A stretch of DNA of 64,000 bases from an uncultured Pseudobdellovibrionaceae bacterium (GTDB lineage: Bacteria; Bdellovibrionota; Bdellovibrionia; Bdellovibrionales; JAGQZY01), in NCBI GenBank assembly GCA_964351315.1, contig CAYGNH010000011.1, positions 50,251 to 114,250 of the forward strand, in the 5' to 3' direction. This document shows positions 19,194-28,183 of this stretch, piece after piece (within the stretch, counting starts at the first letter, position 1; the number at the start of each line of letters is the position of its first letter). The position numbers and the translations under genes were made by a program. The notes below the pieces were generated by a model. The model saw only the letters and a program-made list of their open reading frames with translations, was not told the DNA's origin and made no database searches.

Positions 19194-20078
19194 ATGCAAG
19201 TAAAAGAGTTTTTTGATAAACCGACGTTCACTTTGACCTATGTGGTTTTTGATCCAAGCAGCAAAGATGCCGTGATTATTGATCCTGTTCTCAACTATGA
19301 CCCTAAAGGCTCGTCGATCACAACAAACTCCGCTCAGGAGCTAATGGAATTTATAAATAGCAATGAGCTTTCTGTGCATTATATTTTAGAGACCCATGCT
19401 CACGCCGATCATTTAACGTCAGCGCAGTTTCTAAAAGAAAAATTTCCTGCGGCTAAAACAGCCATTCATGAGAACATCAAAATGGTTCAGCAAACCTTCA
19501 AAGGCGTGTTCAATTTTAAAGAGGGTTTTGATACGGAGGGTTCCGTTTTTGATCAATTGCTGTCTGACGATCAGGTCATTCATGCCGGTCGTTTGAAAAT
19601 TCATGTTCTCCACACCCCGGGCCACACCCCCGCCTGTGTCACTTATCATGTGAACGATGAGGCCGCTTTCACCGGAGACGCCTTGTTTATGCCGGACTTC
19701 GGCACTGGGCGCTGTGATTTTCCACAGGGAAGTGCAGAAGATCTTTATCACTCTGTGCACGAAAAAATTTACCAGTTGGATGACCACACCAAGGTGTATG
19801 TGGGTCACGACTACCAACCCGGAGGTCGGGCTCTGGCTTTTCAAACCACTGTTGGAGAGTCGAAGAGAAAAAATATTCAACTGAGAGCTGACACTGCAAA
19901 GGATGAGTATGTTCAGTTTCGTGAGGCTCGAGACAAGGGACTGGATGCGCCGGTGTTGCTGTTACCGAGCATTCAGGTCAATGCGCAAAATGGTTTGTTT
20001 CCGAAAAAGGAAGACAATGGAACCTCCTATCTAAAGATTCCTGTGCGTAGCCTTGAGCCTATAAAGGGATTGGACTGA
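19194..20078 (+). CDS. MBL-fold metallohydrolase, persulfide dioxygenase-like (type II PDO-like)
   Basis: ETHAHADH, HTPGHTP, GDALFMPDFGTGRCDFPQGSAEDLY, VGHDY. 294 aa. GGAGG RBS. Confidence 0.82.
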   Translation: MQVKEFFDKPTFTLTYVVFDPSSKDAVIIDPVLNYDPKGSSITTNSAQELMEFINSNELSVHYILETHAHADHLTSAQFLKEKFPAAKTAIHENIKMVQQTFKGVFNFKEGFDTEGSVFDQLLSDDQVIHAGRLKIHVLHTPGHTPACVTYHVNDEAAFTGDALFMPDFGTGRCDFPQGSAEDLYHSVHEKIYQLDDHTKVYVGHDYQPGGRALAFQTTVGESKRKNIQLRADTAKDEYVQFREARDKGLDAPVLLLPSIQVNAQNGLFPKKEDNGTSYLKIPVRSLEPIKGLD

Positions 20079-20084
20079 GTACAA

Positions 20085-20112
20085 AAAAAGGCAACCCCAT
20101 GGTTGCCTTTTT
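20085..20112. terminator. bidirectional intrinsic terminator
   Basis: AAAAAGGCAACC-CCAT-GGTTGCCTTTTT, a 12-bp stem including A/T tracts, between the convergent MBL gene and rpsI. Confidence 0.8.
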
Positions 20113-20136
20113 GAAAGTCGAAAATTTTCGAAAAAA

Positions 20137-20532
20137 TTAACGTTTTGAGAACTGACTGGCGCGACGAGCCCCTTTGAGTCCGTATTTTTTACGCTCAACC
20201 ATTCGAGAATCACGAGTCAAAAGACCGGCTTTTTTTAACGAGTCTCTTAGGTTCTCATCGTATTCAGTCAAGGCTCTTGAGATTCCGTGGCGAATAGCGC
20301 CGGCTTGGCCAGACTCGCCCCCACCTTTAACAGTGACCCGGATATCCAACTTGCCTTTCAGGGTCGTCAGTTCCAATGGGAAATTCATGTGGGCTTTTGA
20401 AGAAGGTCGTTTAAGATAATCATTCATATCTTTACCGTTGATGGTGACCTTGCCAGAGCCGGTGGTCATAAAGACACGAGCCGTGCTGGTTTTTCTTCTT
20501 CCGGTTGCATAATAAACTGTAGCAGCAGCCAT
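20137..20532 (-). CDS. rpsI: 30S ribosomal protein S9
   Basis: 131 aa, [10 protein letters not shown]...[19 protein letters not shown]...[18 protein letters not shown]. Confidence 0.97.
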   Translation of the reverse strand: MAAATVYYATGRRKTSTARVFMTTGSGKVTINGKDMNDYLKRPSSKAHMNFPLELTTLKGKLDIRVTVKGGGESGQAGAIRHGISRALTEYDENLRDSLKKAGLLTRDSRMVERKKYGLKGARRASQFSKR

Positions 20533-20548
20533 TCAATAATCTCCTTGT

Positions 20549-20980
20549 CTACTGTAGAAGCTGTGGGTTTTGCGCCTGATGAGGATGTTCGCTACCCGCG
20601 TAAATTTTAAGTTTCGTGCTCATTTGTTTTCCAAGCTTAGATTTTGGAAGCATACCTTGCACAGCATCTTTCAAAATAAACGTGGGGTTTTTCTCTAACA
20701 TTTCTTTGGCCGTGGTTTCTTTTAAAGAACCAAAATAACGAGACCGTCGGAAATACTTTTTATCAAACCATTTGTTACCGGTCATTGTGACTTTATCGGC
20801 GTTGATCACAACAACCATATCACCCGTATCAACGTGAGGGGTATAAGTCGGTTTGGTTTTACCACTTAAAACCATGGCGATCTTAGAAGCCAATCGGCCG
20901 ACACTTTGACCTTCAGCATCTACCAGAAACCAGGTTCTGTTGTTTTCAAAATCTTCTTTTTTAGCGTTCCAAGTCTTCAT
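20549..20980 (-). CDS. rplM: 50S ribosomal protein L13
   Basis: 143 aa, WFLVDAEGQSVGRLASKIA...GKTKPTYTPHVDTGD. Immediately upstream of rpsI. Confidence 0.97.
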   Translation of the reverse strand: MKTWNAKKEDFENNRTWFLVDAEGQSVGRLASKIAMVLSGKTKPTYTPHVDTGDMVVVINADKVTMTGNKWFDKKYFRRSRYFGSLKETTAKEMLEKNPTFILKDAVQGMLPKSKLGKQMSTKLKIYAGSEHPHQAQNPQLLQ

Positions 20981-21015
20981 TGCTTAAACCTTTATGAAAT
21001 TGAGAATGAAAACAC

Positions 21016-21813
21016 TTATAATTTTCGGCACTTATTGTCAAGGCTCTGGGGGTATTGAACCGAGGATAAAAACAGTCCCTGGGGCGGCGCCGGAGCAGCT
21101 GCCAGAGAGCGATCCCGAGCCTGGAGGATCTCCTGGAGCTTTTCTGTAGGTTGCTGTAATTCCAATAGATTTACCATCGTCCCCACCATGTTTCGCACCA
21201 TCTGCTTGAGAAAGCCTGTTCCTTGAACCTGGTACTCTAAGACACCAGAATTAGAGGAAACCCAGCGACTTATCAGGATTTTTCGCACCGGGGTTCGAAC
21301 GGGCGTGCCTTGGGACTGAAAGCTGGAAAAATCATGCTCTCCCACAAAAACATCCGCCATTTTTTGTAAAGATTCCAGGGAGATGGGTTTATTCGGCATC
21401 CAGGCATAACGGCCGCGAAAGGGACTTTTTGGGGTTTCTGGGATCAGTCGGTATTTGTAGCACTTCGTCACAGCCGAAATCTGGGCGTGAAAGTCGTCTG
21501 GGGCTTCTTCCACTTTTTTCACTAGAATCGTTTCAGGAGTCATGCGATTGAGTTTGTATTTTAAGTTGTGCAGATTTACTGGATCTTGAATATCCACATG
21601 AGCCCATTGGTTCAGAGCGTGTACACCTCGGTCGGTGCGTCCGGACCCAACTACCGCAATCGGTTGATTGTAAATCATGGAAAGACAGGACTCCAATAAG
21701 CCTTGGATGGTGTCTTTGCTTTGGGGTTGTTTCTGCCAACCAAAAAAAGGAGTGCCGTCGTAGGCCACACAAAGGCGAAGTCGAATTTTTTTAGAAACCA
21801 ATGGCAAACCCAC
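21016..21813 (-). CDS. truA: tRNA pseudouridine(38-40) synthase
   Basis: YDGTPFFGWQKQ and the catalytic GSGRTDRGVHA. The start is uncertain (GTG 21813 or a downstream TTG). It overlaps the end of the upstream gene. Confidence 0.9.
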   Translation of the reverse strand: MGLPLVSKKIRLRLCVAYDGTPFFGWQKQPQSKDTIQGLLESCLSMIYNQPIAVVGSGRTDRGVHALNQWAHVDIQDPVNLHNLKYKLNRMTPETILVKKVEEAPDDFHAQISAVTKCYKYRLIPETPKSPFRGRYAWMPNKPISLESLQKMADVFVGEHDFSSFQSQGTPVRTPVRKILISRWVSSNSGVLEYQVQGTGFLKQMVRNMVGTMVNLLELQQPTEKLQEILQARDRSLAAAPAPPQGLFLSSVQYPQSLDNKCRKL

Positions 21814-22810
21814 CGGTAATCATGTTGGAAGAAAAATCCTTCCGGCTATCCAGTCCGAACACTTGTTTGTACTGAAGATCAAACCATGATTGGGTGGCGC
21901 CGTAGTCAGTCCTAAGACTGGTCCCATTAGAAAACTTTGAAAGAGAAATGAGTAAACCGGCGGTGGCCGTGGCCACAAAAGCGCCACCAAATTTTGTAGT
22001 CTTGCCATTGAAAGAAAAAATATCGCCATCGCTACGATTTTCAACAAAGGCAAAATAACCGGGGCCGGCTTCAAGGTAAGGTGTTAAATATTGGATGTCG
22101 GCGATCTGAAATTTGTAAGAAAGGCTTAAAGTGTTAGGTAAGATATAAAATTGAAACTTTTCCCGCGACTCACTGCCATTTGCAAAGCGACCTTGGCCTT
22201 CGGTGCTGGTAAACCCTGAGCCCAGTTTTAAAAAAAGATTGCGGCCGATGATCCAATCGTACTCTAGGGTTAGAATAAAATTATTGCCGCTTCCGTAAAC
22301 GTCATCATAAGTGGTGCCTGAATTGGTCGTGATTTCAGGTGACCCGAGAATACCACCGCGCAAATAAAATGTATTTTGGGTTTCACCCACGTTGGTGTCA
22401 TAAATGTAAGTGCCGTCGATTTCAATCTTGGCCGGTTGGGGGCCGAAGCTTGTTTGGCTTTTCTTTGGTCTTTTTTTAGGGCTGTAGTAGTAGCCCCCGC
22501 TAGAGTCCCGGTCGATTGGTTTCTCCACGCCTTCGTAGGCTTCGATTTCTGCCTCTTTTTTTTCACCATCGGTTGTGTAGTAGTAGGAACCATCGGGGCC
22601 CACTTTGTAGGGCTGCTCAATACCTTTATAAGGTTTTTTTTGGCTCGTGGGTTTTTTGGTGTCGTAATAGTACTCGCCACGGTTTCCGCGTCGAACGGGT
22701 TGTTCGATCGCATCCGAGTCTTCGGCAATGTTTCGCTGGGGATAGGGGTACTCGGCCGGAGGCGCTTCTTCGGCGAAAGTTAACAGGCTAAAAAGAAGAA
22801 TCCCGATCAT
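21791..22810 (-). CDS. outer-membrane beta-barrel protein with an N-terminal Tyr-rich repeat region
   Basis: Signal peptide, four ~30-aa repeats containing G-x-Y-Y/I-Y, then about 200 aa of alternating-hydrophobic strands ending in a terminal Phe (GGFAIGF). Confidence 0.7.
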   Translation of the reverse strand: MIGILLFSLLTFAEEAPPAEYPYPQRNIAEDSDAIEQPVRRGNRGEYYYDTKKPTSQKKPYKGIEQPYKVGPDGSYYYTTDGEKKEAEIEAYEGVEKPIDRDSSGGYYYSPKKRPKKSQTSFGPQPAKIEIDGTYIYDTNVGETQNTFYLRGGILGSPEITTNSGTTYDDVYGSGNNFILTLEYDWIIGRNLFLKLGSGFTSTEGQGRFANGSESREKFQFYILPNTLSLSYKFQIADIQYLTPYLEAGPGYFAFVENRSDGDIFSFNGKTTKFGGAFVATATAGLLISLSKFSNGTSLRTDYGATQSWFDLQYKQVFGLDSRKDFSSNMITGGFAIGF

Positions 22811-24261
22811 GCTGTCACCCGTCGGCGCCCTACGTAAAAGGCCATTCCTAACAAGGTCAGGAATAAAGAAGCCAGAGTGTGTATGGGGTATTCTAGGCAG
22901 GCTTTAGCAAATAACCAAAAAGGATATAAAAAAACACGCATGATTGGTTTCGACCACTGATGATTGCGAATCCAATCGGCTATGGGAGGGCTGTACCGAT
23001 AATAAAATTGAATCAGGGCCCGCCCAGTCGCGTTTGTTTTCAGAAATTTGTTTCGAAACATCCGAAAGTCTTCGACTTTCGGTCGAAAGGGAGTGCCATA
23101 AGTGGCGGTGGTAATAAAACAATCGAACTCGTCTTCAATCAGACCAAACACATCGTCAGGCGTAGCCACATGACAGTTGAAAGGGTAATTGGGATCCGGC
23201 GAGTAGCAGCCATCAGCGGGCGGCGCGGCTTCGGGATCAATGCTTGCGCCGGAAAGATCCAGGATTCCTCCCAGGTTGTTGGCTTCGTCCAAGAGTCCGA
23301 TTGAAAAACGATAAGTCGTGCCGTTAGTGAGTCCCTCCACAGTATTGTCTTGCAAAGAAAAAACTTGTGAGCCCGAACAAGTTCCTTGAGACGCACCGAT
23401 CCGAAGGTCTACCGCTTGGGTTTGGGCGTTGGGCGCCGCACCATCAGCTTCTTTATAGAAAACACGCAGGAATTGCGCTTGGGTTCCTCCAAACGTGGGG
23501 AAAGAGCAGCCCGTTCGCAAATCCTCAATAAACACTTTTCCGTCGCCCGGGAAGGCTCTGAAGTTACAAGCCCCTGCAACAGGGTCACCCTCTTGGCAAA
23601 GTGTCGTCGGTGTGGTGTCCAGTTTCGACATGGAAATTTGAACCTCTTGCACGCCGTCTTCATTGGCCTGGGTGTTTCCGTCTTCATCCACACCTAAGGT
23701 TAAAACGAAGGACCCCTCTTCAATGGAGTCGTCACAGCCCGTTCCATTAAAAAGTTCGCGGCAGATATCTGACCAACGAACCGTAACCCGAATCTCATTG
23801 ACGGTTTGGTTGGCTAGAAAGCCGGACGGAGACTGTCGGATCACAGGGATCCGAATGGACCCAGGCTGTCCCTCGGCAATATTGTTTCTCACAAAGGCTA
23901 GGCGAGCATTGATGCCAAATGTGGGGTTGATAGGGCGAAAGCCGATAGTCAATTCCAGGTCGTCGTGCACTCTTCGAGTGTTGCAAGAGGCTAAGTCGGC
24001 CTGGCAGTTGTTGCAGGTCGAAGCGCTGGAGGTTTCACCGGGGGCACAGCCGCCGACCAATCCTCCGGCCACTCCTCCGCGAATAAAAGTCGCGGTCGCA
24101 TTCAGCTCTCCCTGGAAAAGGCCATCCACTCGCGAGGTCGCCTCTTCAGTAATAAACAAAATGGCCGAAAGGGGCTGATTGGTATTGTTGTTATTTCCGG
24201 TGGTCTGACCCCAAGCTGTGAAGGGGGATAAAATGAGGGAGAGGTACAACCAAACTGTCAT
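22807..24261 (-). CDS. secreted Cys-rich protein with a CFITTATYG-type C-terminal domain and TM tail
   Basis: Signal peptide (PFTAWG/QT) and many paired Cys. The C-terminus reads DCFITTATYGTPFRPKVEDFRMFRNKFL...YYRYSPPIADWI, then a hydrophobic segment and RRR. The stop overlaps the next start (ATGA). Confidence 0.7.
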   Translation of the reverse strand: MTVWLYLSLILSPFTAWGQTTGNNNNTNQPLSAILFITEEATSRVDGLFQGELNATATFIRGGVAGGLVGGCAPGETSSASTCNNCQADLASCNTRRVHDDLELTIGFRPINPTFGINARLAFVRNNIAEGQPGSIRIPVIRQSPSGFLANQTVNEIRVTVRWSDICRELFNGTGCDDSIEEGSFVLTLGVDEDGNTQANEDGVQEVQISMSKLDTTPTTLCQEGDPVAGACNFRAFPGDGKVFIEDLRTGCSFPTFGGTQAQFLRVFYKEADGAAPNAQTQAVDLRIGASQGTCSGSQVFSLQDNTVEGLTNGTTYRFSIGLLDEANNLGGILDLSGASIDPEAAPPADGCYSPDPNYPFNCHVATPDDVFGLIEDEFDCFITTATYGTPFRPKVEDFRMFRNKFLKTNATGRALIQFYYRYSPPIADWIRNHQWSKPIMRVFLYPFWLFAKACLEYPIHTLASLFLTLLGMAFYVGRRRVTA

Positions 24262-24340
24262 GACAAAAGTCTGTCACGGTTGGACAGGGCTTTCAACCGC
24301 TTAATGGCTCAATGGCTGCATTTTTAGGCTGTTTTTTAAG

Positions 24341-25360
24341 TTAGTTCAGTTGATCAAAGATGCGTTCAGCGATCAGCAATCCGTTGGAGGCGGCACCTCG
24401 ATAAAGATTGTCGGCCACCACCCAAAACATCCAGGTGTTTTCAAACTCGGTGTCTTTGCGCAGTCGGGAAACAAAGGCATCGGACTGACCACTCACTTCC
24501 TTGTAAGAGTGAAAGCTTTTTCCGTTGTCTTCACTTAAATACTGAATGTAGGGGCACTCGCTGAGGGTGCTTTCGATTTCTTGTTTGCTGACGTTTTTAT
24601 CAAAAGTCACCCACACCGCTTCACCGTGGCCATTTTGAGTGGGAACGCGAACCGTGAAGGCGGACATTTTTATATTGGGAAGAGAAAGAATTTTTTTGGT
24701 CTCATTCATGATTTTCACTTCTTCGGAGCAAAACCCGTCGTCGTTATAACCGCCAATTTTAGGTTGGCACTCAAAAGCGATGGGCGGGTTGAAATTCCGG
24801 CCCTCGCGAGGTTGTTTTCCGGCCATAACATCTTCGGTTTGCTCGAGCAAATCGGCGATTCCCTCTTTGCCAGCGCCACTGACCGATTGGTAGCTGGCGA
24901 CTCGGCAGGCAATTGGATCAAACTTTTTAAGGGCGTTGAGTACCATCACCAATTGAATGGTTGAGCAGTTGGGGTTGGCAATCACCCGTGGCTGAGTGGG
25001 ATTTTCCATTTCGTCAAAATTGATTTCAGGCACCACCAAGGGGGTGTTGGGGTCCATACGGTAAGCCGCCGAGTTATCGATGGCGATAGCGCCGTCCGCT
25101 GCGGCTTTAGGAGCCCACTCTTTGCTAATCGGATCGCCAGAAGAGAAAAACACCACGTCGAGACCTTTGAAGCAGCCCTCAGAAAGAACCTGGCACTCGA
25201 ACTCTTGATCGCGAAAGGGAATTTTCAAGCCTTTCGATCGCTCGCTGGCGAACAGTCGAAGTTCCTTGAATTTGTAGGAGGTGTCTTTCAGAAGATCTCG
25301 AAAGGTTTCCCCAACCAGGCCTGTGGCACCAACAATTCCAACGGACAATTCGCGACTCAT
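24341..25360 (-). CDS. asd: aspartate-semialdehyde dehydrogenase
   Basis: GIVGATGLVG NAD motif, active-site NPNCSTIQL, 339 aa. Confidence 0.93.
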   Translation of the reverse strand: MSRELSVGIVGATGLVGETFRDLLKDTSYKFKELRLFASERSKGLKIPFRDQEFECQVLSEGCFKGLDVVFFSSGDPISKEWAPKAAADGAIAIDNSAAYRMDPNTPLVVPEINFDEMENPTQPRVIANPNCSTIQLVMVLNALKKFDPIACRVASYQSVSGAGKEGIADLLEQTEDVMAGKQPREGRNFNPPIAFECQPKIGGYNDDGFCSEEVKIMNETKKILSLPNIKMSAFTVRVPTQNGHGEAVWVTFDKNVSKQEIESTLSECPYIQYLSEDNGKSFHSYKEVSGQSDAFVSRLRKDTEFENTWMFWVVADNLYRGAASNGLLIAERIFDQLN

Positions 25361-26112
25361 TTGATTTTCCTCTTTCTTTGTTTTTCTTTGGTTTTATGGA
25401 ACAGCCCCATGACCGCTCCAAGGATGGCATAGGAAAAGAAGAGGGCGAAAAGCATCACTTCCGGTCTTATGGCCACCAGAATGATAACCATTACACCAAC
25501 CACAAGGTATGTGAAAGGCTGTTTCTGTTTCAGGTTAACATCTTTGAAACTTTTATAGCGAAACTGGCTGACCATTGTGATTCCCAGCAAAAAGGTCATG
25601 AAAAGCAAAAGAAAGTTCCGACTGGCGTCGACCTCTAAATCCTTAAAACAAAGCACCGAAGAGGCGACAATACCAGCCGCCATCGGTATGGGGAGGCCTT
25701 GAAAGTGGGATTTTTCGTCGGCTTGCTGCACATTGAAGCGGGCCAAGCGCAGAGCCCCGCAAGCGACGAATACAAAACTAGCGAGCCAACCGACTCTGCC
25801 GAAGGGCTGTAGGGCCCAAAGGTACATAATTAATGCGGGGGCCATCCCAAAACTGACGAGATCACAAAGAGAGTCATACTCGGCACCAAACTGACTGGTG
25901 GTATCAGTAAGGCGAGCCACTCGCCCATCAAGAAGATCAAAAACCGCCGCGGCCACGATGGCGTAGGAGCCAAAAGTGTACTCGCCGCGAATGGCGAAAA
26001 TGATCGACATAAAGCCGAAAAACATATTGGTAGTCGTCAACAAATTCGGAAGCACGTAGATACTGACGCCAGCGCGACTGGTTCTGCGAGATCGGGGGTT
26101 GCGCTCAGCCAA
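25357..26112 (-). CDS. pssA: CDP-diacylglycerol--serine O-phosphatidyltransferase
   Basis: CDP-alcohol phosphatidyltransferase motif DGRVARLTDTTSQFGAEYDSLCD. Polytopic. 4-nt overlap with asd. Confidence 0.88.
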   Translation of the reverse strand: MAERNPRSRRTSRAGVSIYVLPNLLTTTNMFFGFMSIIFAIRGEYTFGSYAIVAAAVFDLLDGRVARLTDTTSQFGAEYDSLCDLVSFGMAPALIMYLWALQPFGRVGWLASFVFVACGALRLARFNVQQADEKSHFQGLPIPMAAGIVASSVLCFKDLEVDASRNFLLLFMTFLLGITMVSQFRYKSFKDVNLKQKQPFTYLVVGVMVIILVAIRPEVMLFALFFSYAILGAVMGLFHKTKEKQRKRKIK

Positions 26113-26761
26113 AGGTCACCCCTCCCACTTGTAGGAAGAGTAAGGACAACAAGGCACCACTGACCACCGGCTGGGTTAAATTGTCATCGATGCTGAAAAA
26201 AGAGACGAGTTCACTGATGGCACCAATGGCTCCACAAGCTAAACTTAAACCGTACAGCTCCAGCCATCCGTCAGCCCCCATCGATTTCGGGTACAAAGAA
26301 ATAAAAATAAAGGCGGCCACTGAGCAAAAAACAAAAGCTGCGGCCGATCCATACATACTTTTGTTGTCGATGATTTTTGTCCGACCAAAACGCAGTCCAA
26401 AAAAACTGGCGACGGGATCGCCCACGGCTAAAAACAACACCGCGAGTAAGCTCGTCGGTTTAGGAAACAGGAAAAAACAAAGGCCAACGCCAAGAATGGC
26501 GTAGGACGACCCTGATAGTTTTCGGATCTCATGCTTTCGAAATACGGGACCAAGAATTTTCAGGGTAAAGCGGTTGAAGGCGGGAGAGTGGCGTCGGCTG
26601 TAATCCATGGCAACCAAGGGGAGTCCCACTGTGAAGTAGATTGTCCAACACAGCCAAACGGGCATAAAAATCATGCACAGAAAAATCCCTAGAATGCTAA
26701 GAAAGTGAAAAATTTTTCTTGAGAGATGGAGGTCCGTCCGCGTCTTCAGGTTTTGTAACAT
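26105..26761 (-). CDS. CdsA/dolichol-kinase-like (CTP-transferase 1 family) membrane protein
   Basis: 218 aa, polytopic, with a GDPVASFFGLRFGRTK motif resembling cytidylyltransferase or polyprenol kinase families. Overlaps pssA by 8 nt. Confidence 0.6.
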   Translation of the reverse strand: MLQNLKTRTDLHLSRKIFHFLSILGIFLCMIFMPVWLCWTIYFTVGLPLVAMDYSRRHSPAFNRFTLKILGPVFRKHEIRKLSGSSYAILGVGLCFFLFPKPTSLLAVLFLAVGDPVASFFGLRFGRTKIIDNKSMYGSAAAFVFCSVAAFIFISLYPKSMGADGWLELYGLSLACGAIGAISELVSFFSIDDNLTQPVVSGALLSLLFLQVGGVTFG

Positions 26762-26796
26762 TAGCTGCAGAGGTTTAGCACCCTTTTGTCAGTGAA

Positions 26797-27285
26797 TCAA
26801 AGGGCTTTGTTAGGGTTTGCTGGCTTTATAACTTCTCTTGTAATTTCAATACTTTGAGTATTGTCGCCGATTGCGGCTTTTATCTGATTTTTACCCTCGT
26901 TCAGAAAGATAAAATCACTGGTCCAAAGATTCTTTTTTAACGGAAAAATATCGCCTTGATTTTGGTTGCTCTCATTGATCAGCCGACCAATGGATTCGCA
27001 GTTTTTAAAAAACACGCGGGCGCTGGAGGCTTTAGTTTTGACTCTTAGGATGTCCAACTTCTTTCGACAATTGATCTCGATGATGGGCGACTCCACTTTT
27101 GGGGAAGGAAGCTCGATTGCGTCCGTCACGGCGGCAATATTTCTTTGGAAGGGCTGAAAGACGTCGGTTCCCAAAGCGTTGAGGATCATCAACACATTGA
27201 TGGCGGTGAGGACTCCAATAAAAGAGAGTGTCCCCATAACCAAGCGCAGGTAAGCTTTTGTTTCGCTGATCTCCGTGTGACCCAT
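26797..27285 (-). CDS. hypothetical membrane-anchored protein
   Basis: One N-terminal TM (LSFIGVLTAINVLMILNA). No recognised motif. Start uncertain. Confidence 0.5.
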   Translation of the reverse strand: MGHTEISETKAYLRLVMGTLSFIGVLTAINVLMILNALGTDVFQPFQRNIAAVTDAIELPSPKVESPIIEINCRKKLDILRVKTKASSARVFFKNCESIGRLINESNQNQGDIFPLKKNLWTSDFIFLNEGKNQIKAAIGDNTQSIEITREVIKPANPNKAL

Positions 27286-27392
27286 TGTCTACTTTTCGGC
27301 GTATAGGTCTTAAAACTCAAAGAAGAATAGAGTGTGTGGCCGGAGATAATGAAGGATGGTTTAAATTAAGACCAAAGGCGAGGTGCTGCTTG

Positions 27393-28049
27393 TCAGCACC
27401 AAAGAAACTCCCACCAGGCACAGTCTTTCTTGCCAACAATTTGCTCGGCCACCTTCGAAGGGTTGGCGATATTCGACATAGAGTTGAGGATTCGATAGGA
27501 CTTCAAAGCATCCGAAAAGTCGATGTCTTCATCGCGAATTCTTTCGATCAATTTACGATATTTTTCCCCCTCCTGGGACAAGGCCATGGGTTTCATCTCG
27601 GACATCATATTATTAAGGATATAAACATAGGTGTTTTGATCTCTTAGGAGGCCTTTGTCTTTTCCTGATTTATCCAAGGTTTCAAGGCCACGGCTTATGA
27701 TTTGCTCGAGGAACTGGTAGATGCCGCCGTACTCGATGGCGACTCCTTCGACGTTGGAATAAATCACCGACGTCGCATGATTTTGCTCCGGTCTTGCAAA
27801 AATAAGTTCTAAGGATTCTCGAATTAGCTGGGCGCCTTCGTCTCGAGTGTACTCGTTGGCTGGACTTTGGTCGCCGAATTCGCCATCTTCATCCACGGCT
27901 TGGGCGACGGCTTTTTGTGCTCCATTGAGGTTCGTGGCCACGATTCTTTGTAGCGTTTCGATATCCATAACCTTCAAACGGTCCGATGGGAACTTTAATC
28001 CTGCCATTGAGAAGGAAGGAAGTAGTAAAAGTAGTGCGATAAGTTTCAT
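27393..28049 (-). CDS. hypothetical secreted protein
   Basis: Start at MKLIALLLLLPSFSMA (GAGGAG RBS 7 nt upstream). Ends in the Trp/Cys-rich CAWWEFLWC. Confidence 0.6.
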   Translation of the reverse strand: MKLIALLLLLPSFSMAGLKFPSDRLKVMDIETLQRIVATNLNGAQKAVAQAVDEDGEFGDQSPANEYTRDEGAQLIRESLELIFARPEQNHATSVIYSNVEGVAIEYGGIYQFLEQIISRGLETLDKSGKDKGLLRDQNTYVYILNNMMSEMKPMALSQEGEKYRKLIERIRDEDIDFSDALKSYRILNSMSNIANPSKVAEQIVGKKDCAWWEFLWC

Positions 28050-28183
28050 GACACATCTCCTCATGCTATGATTATCAGAAATGCCGGAACCTGCGTCATT
28101 TCGCTTAAGGCCATAAAAGGTTATTTCTTTTCAGGGCCTTAAATGTGTAGAATAACAGGCTGTCGATAAATAAGGAGGACATT

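Noticed and set aside
20118-20131. The perfect 14-bp palindrome TCGAAAATTTTCGA next to the rpsI stop
   Set aside because: It is AT-rich and directly adjacent to the strong bidirectional terminator (20085-20112). It is most simply part of the 3-prime UTR or terminator region, with no second copy noticed.
23386-24178. A cluster of alternative-frame ORFs on both strands inside 22807..24261
   Set aside because: They are explained by the locally higher GC and codon bias of the Cys-rich surface-protein gene. Only the 484-aa frame has a signal peptide, a C-terminal box and coupling to the next gene.
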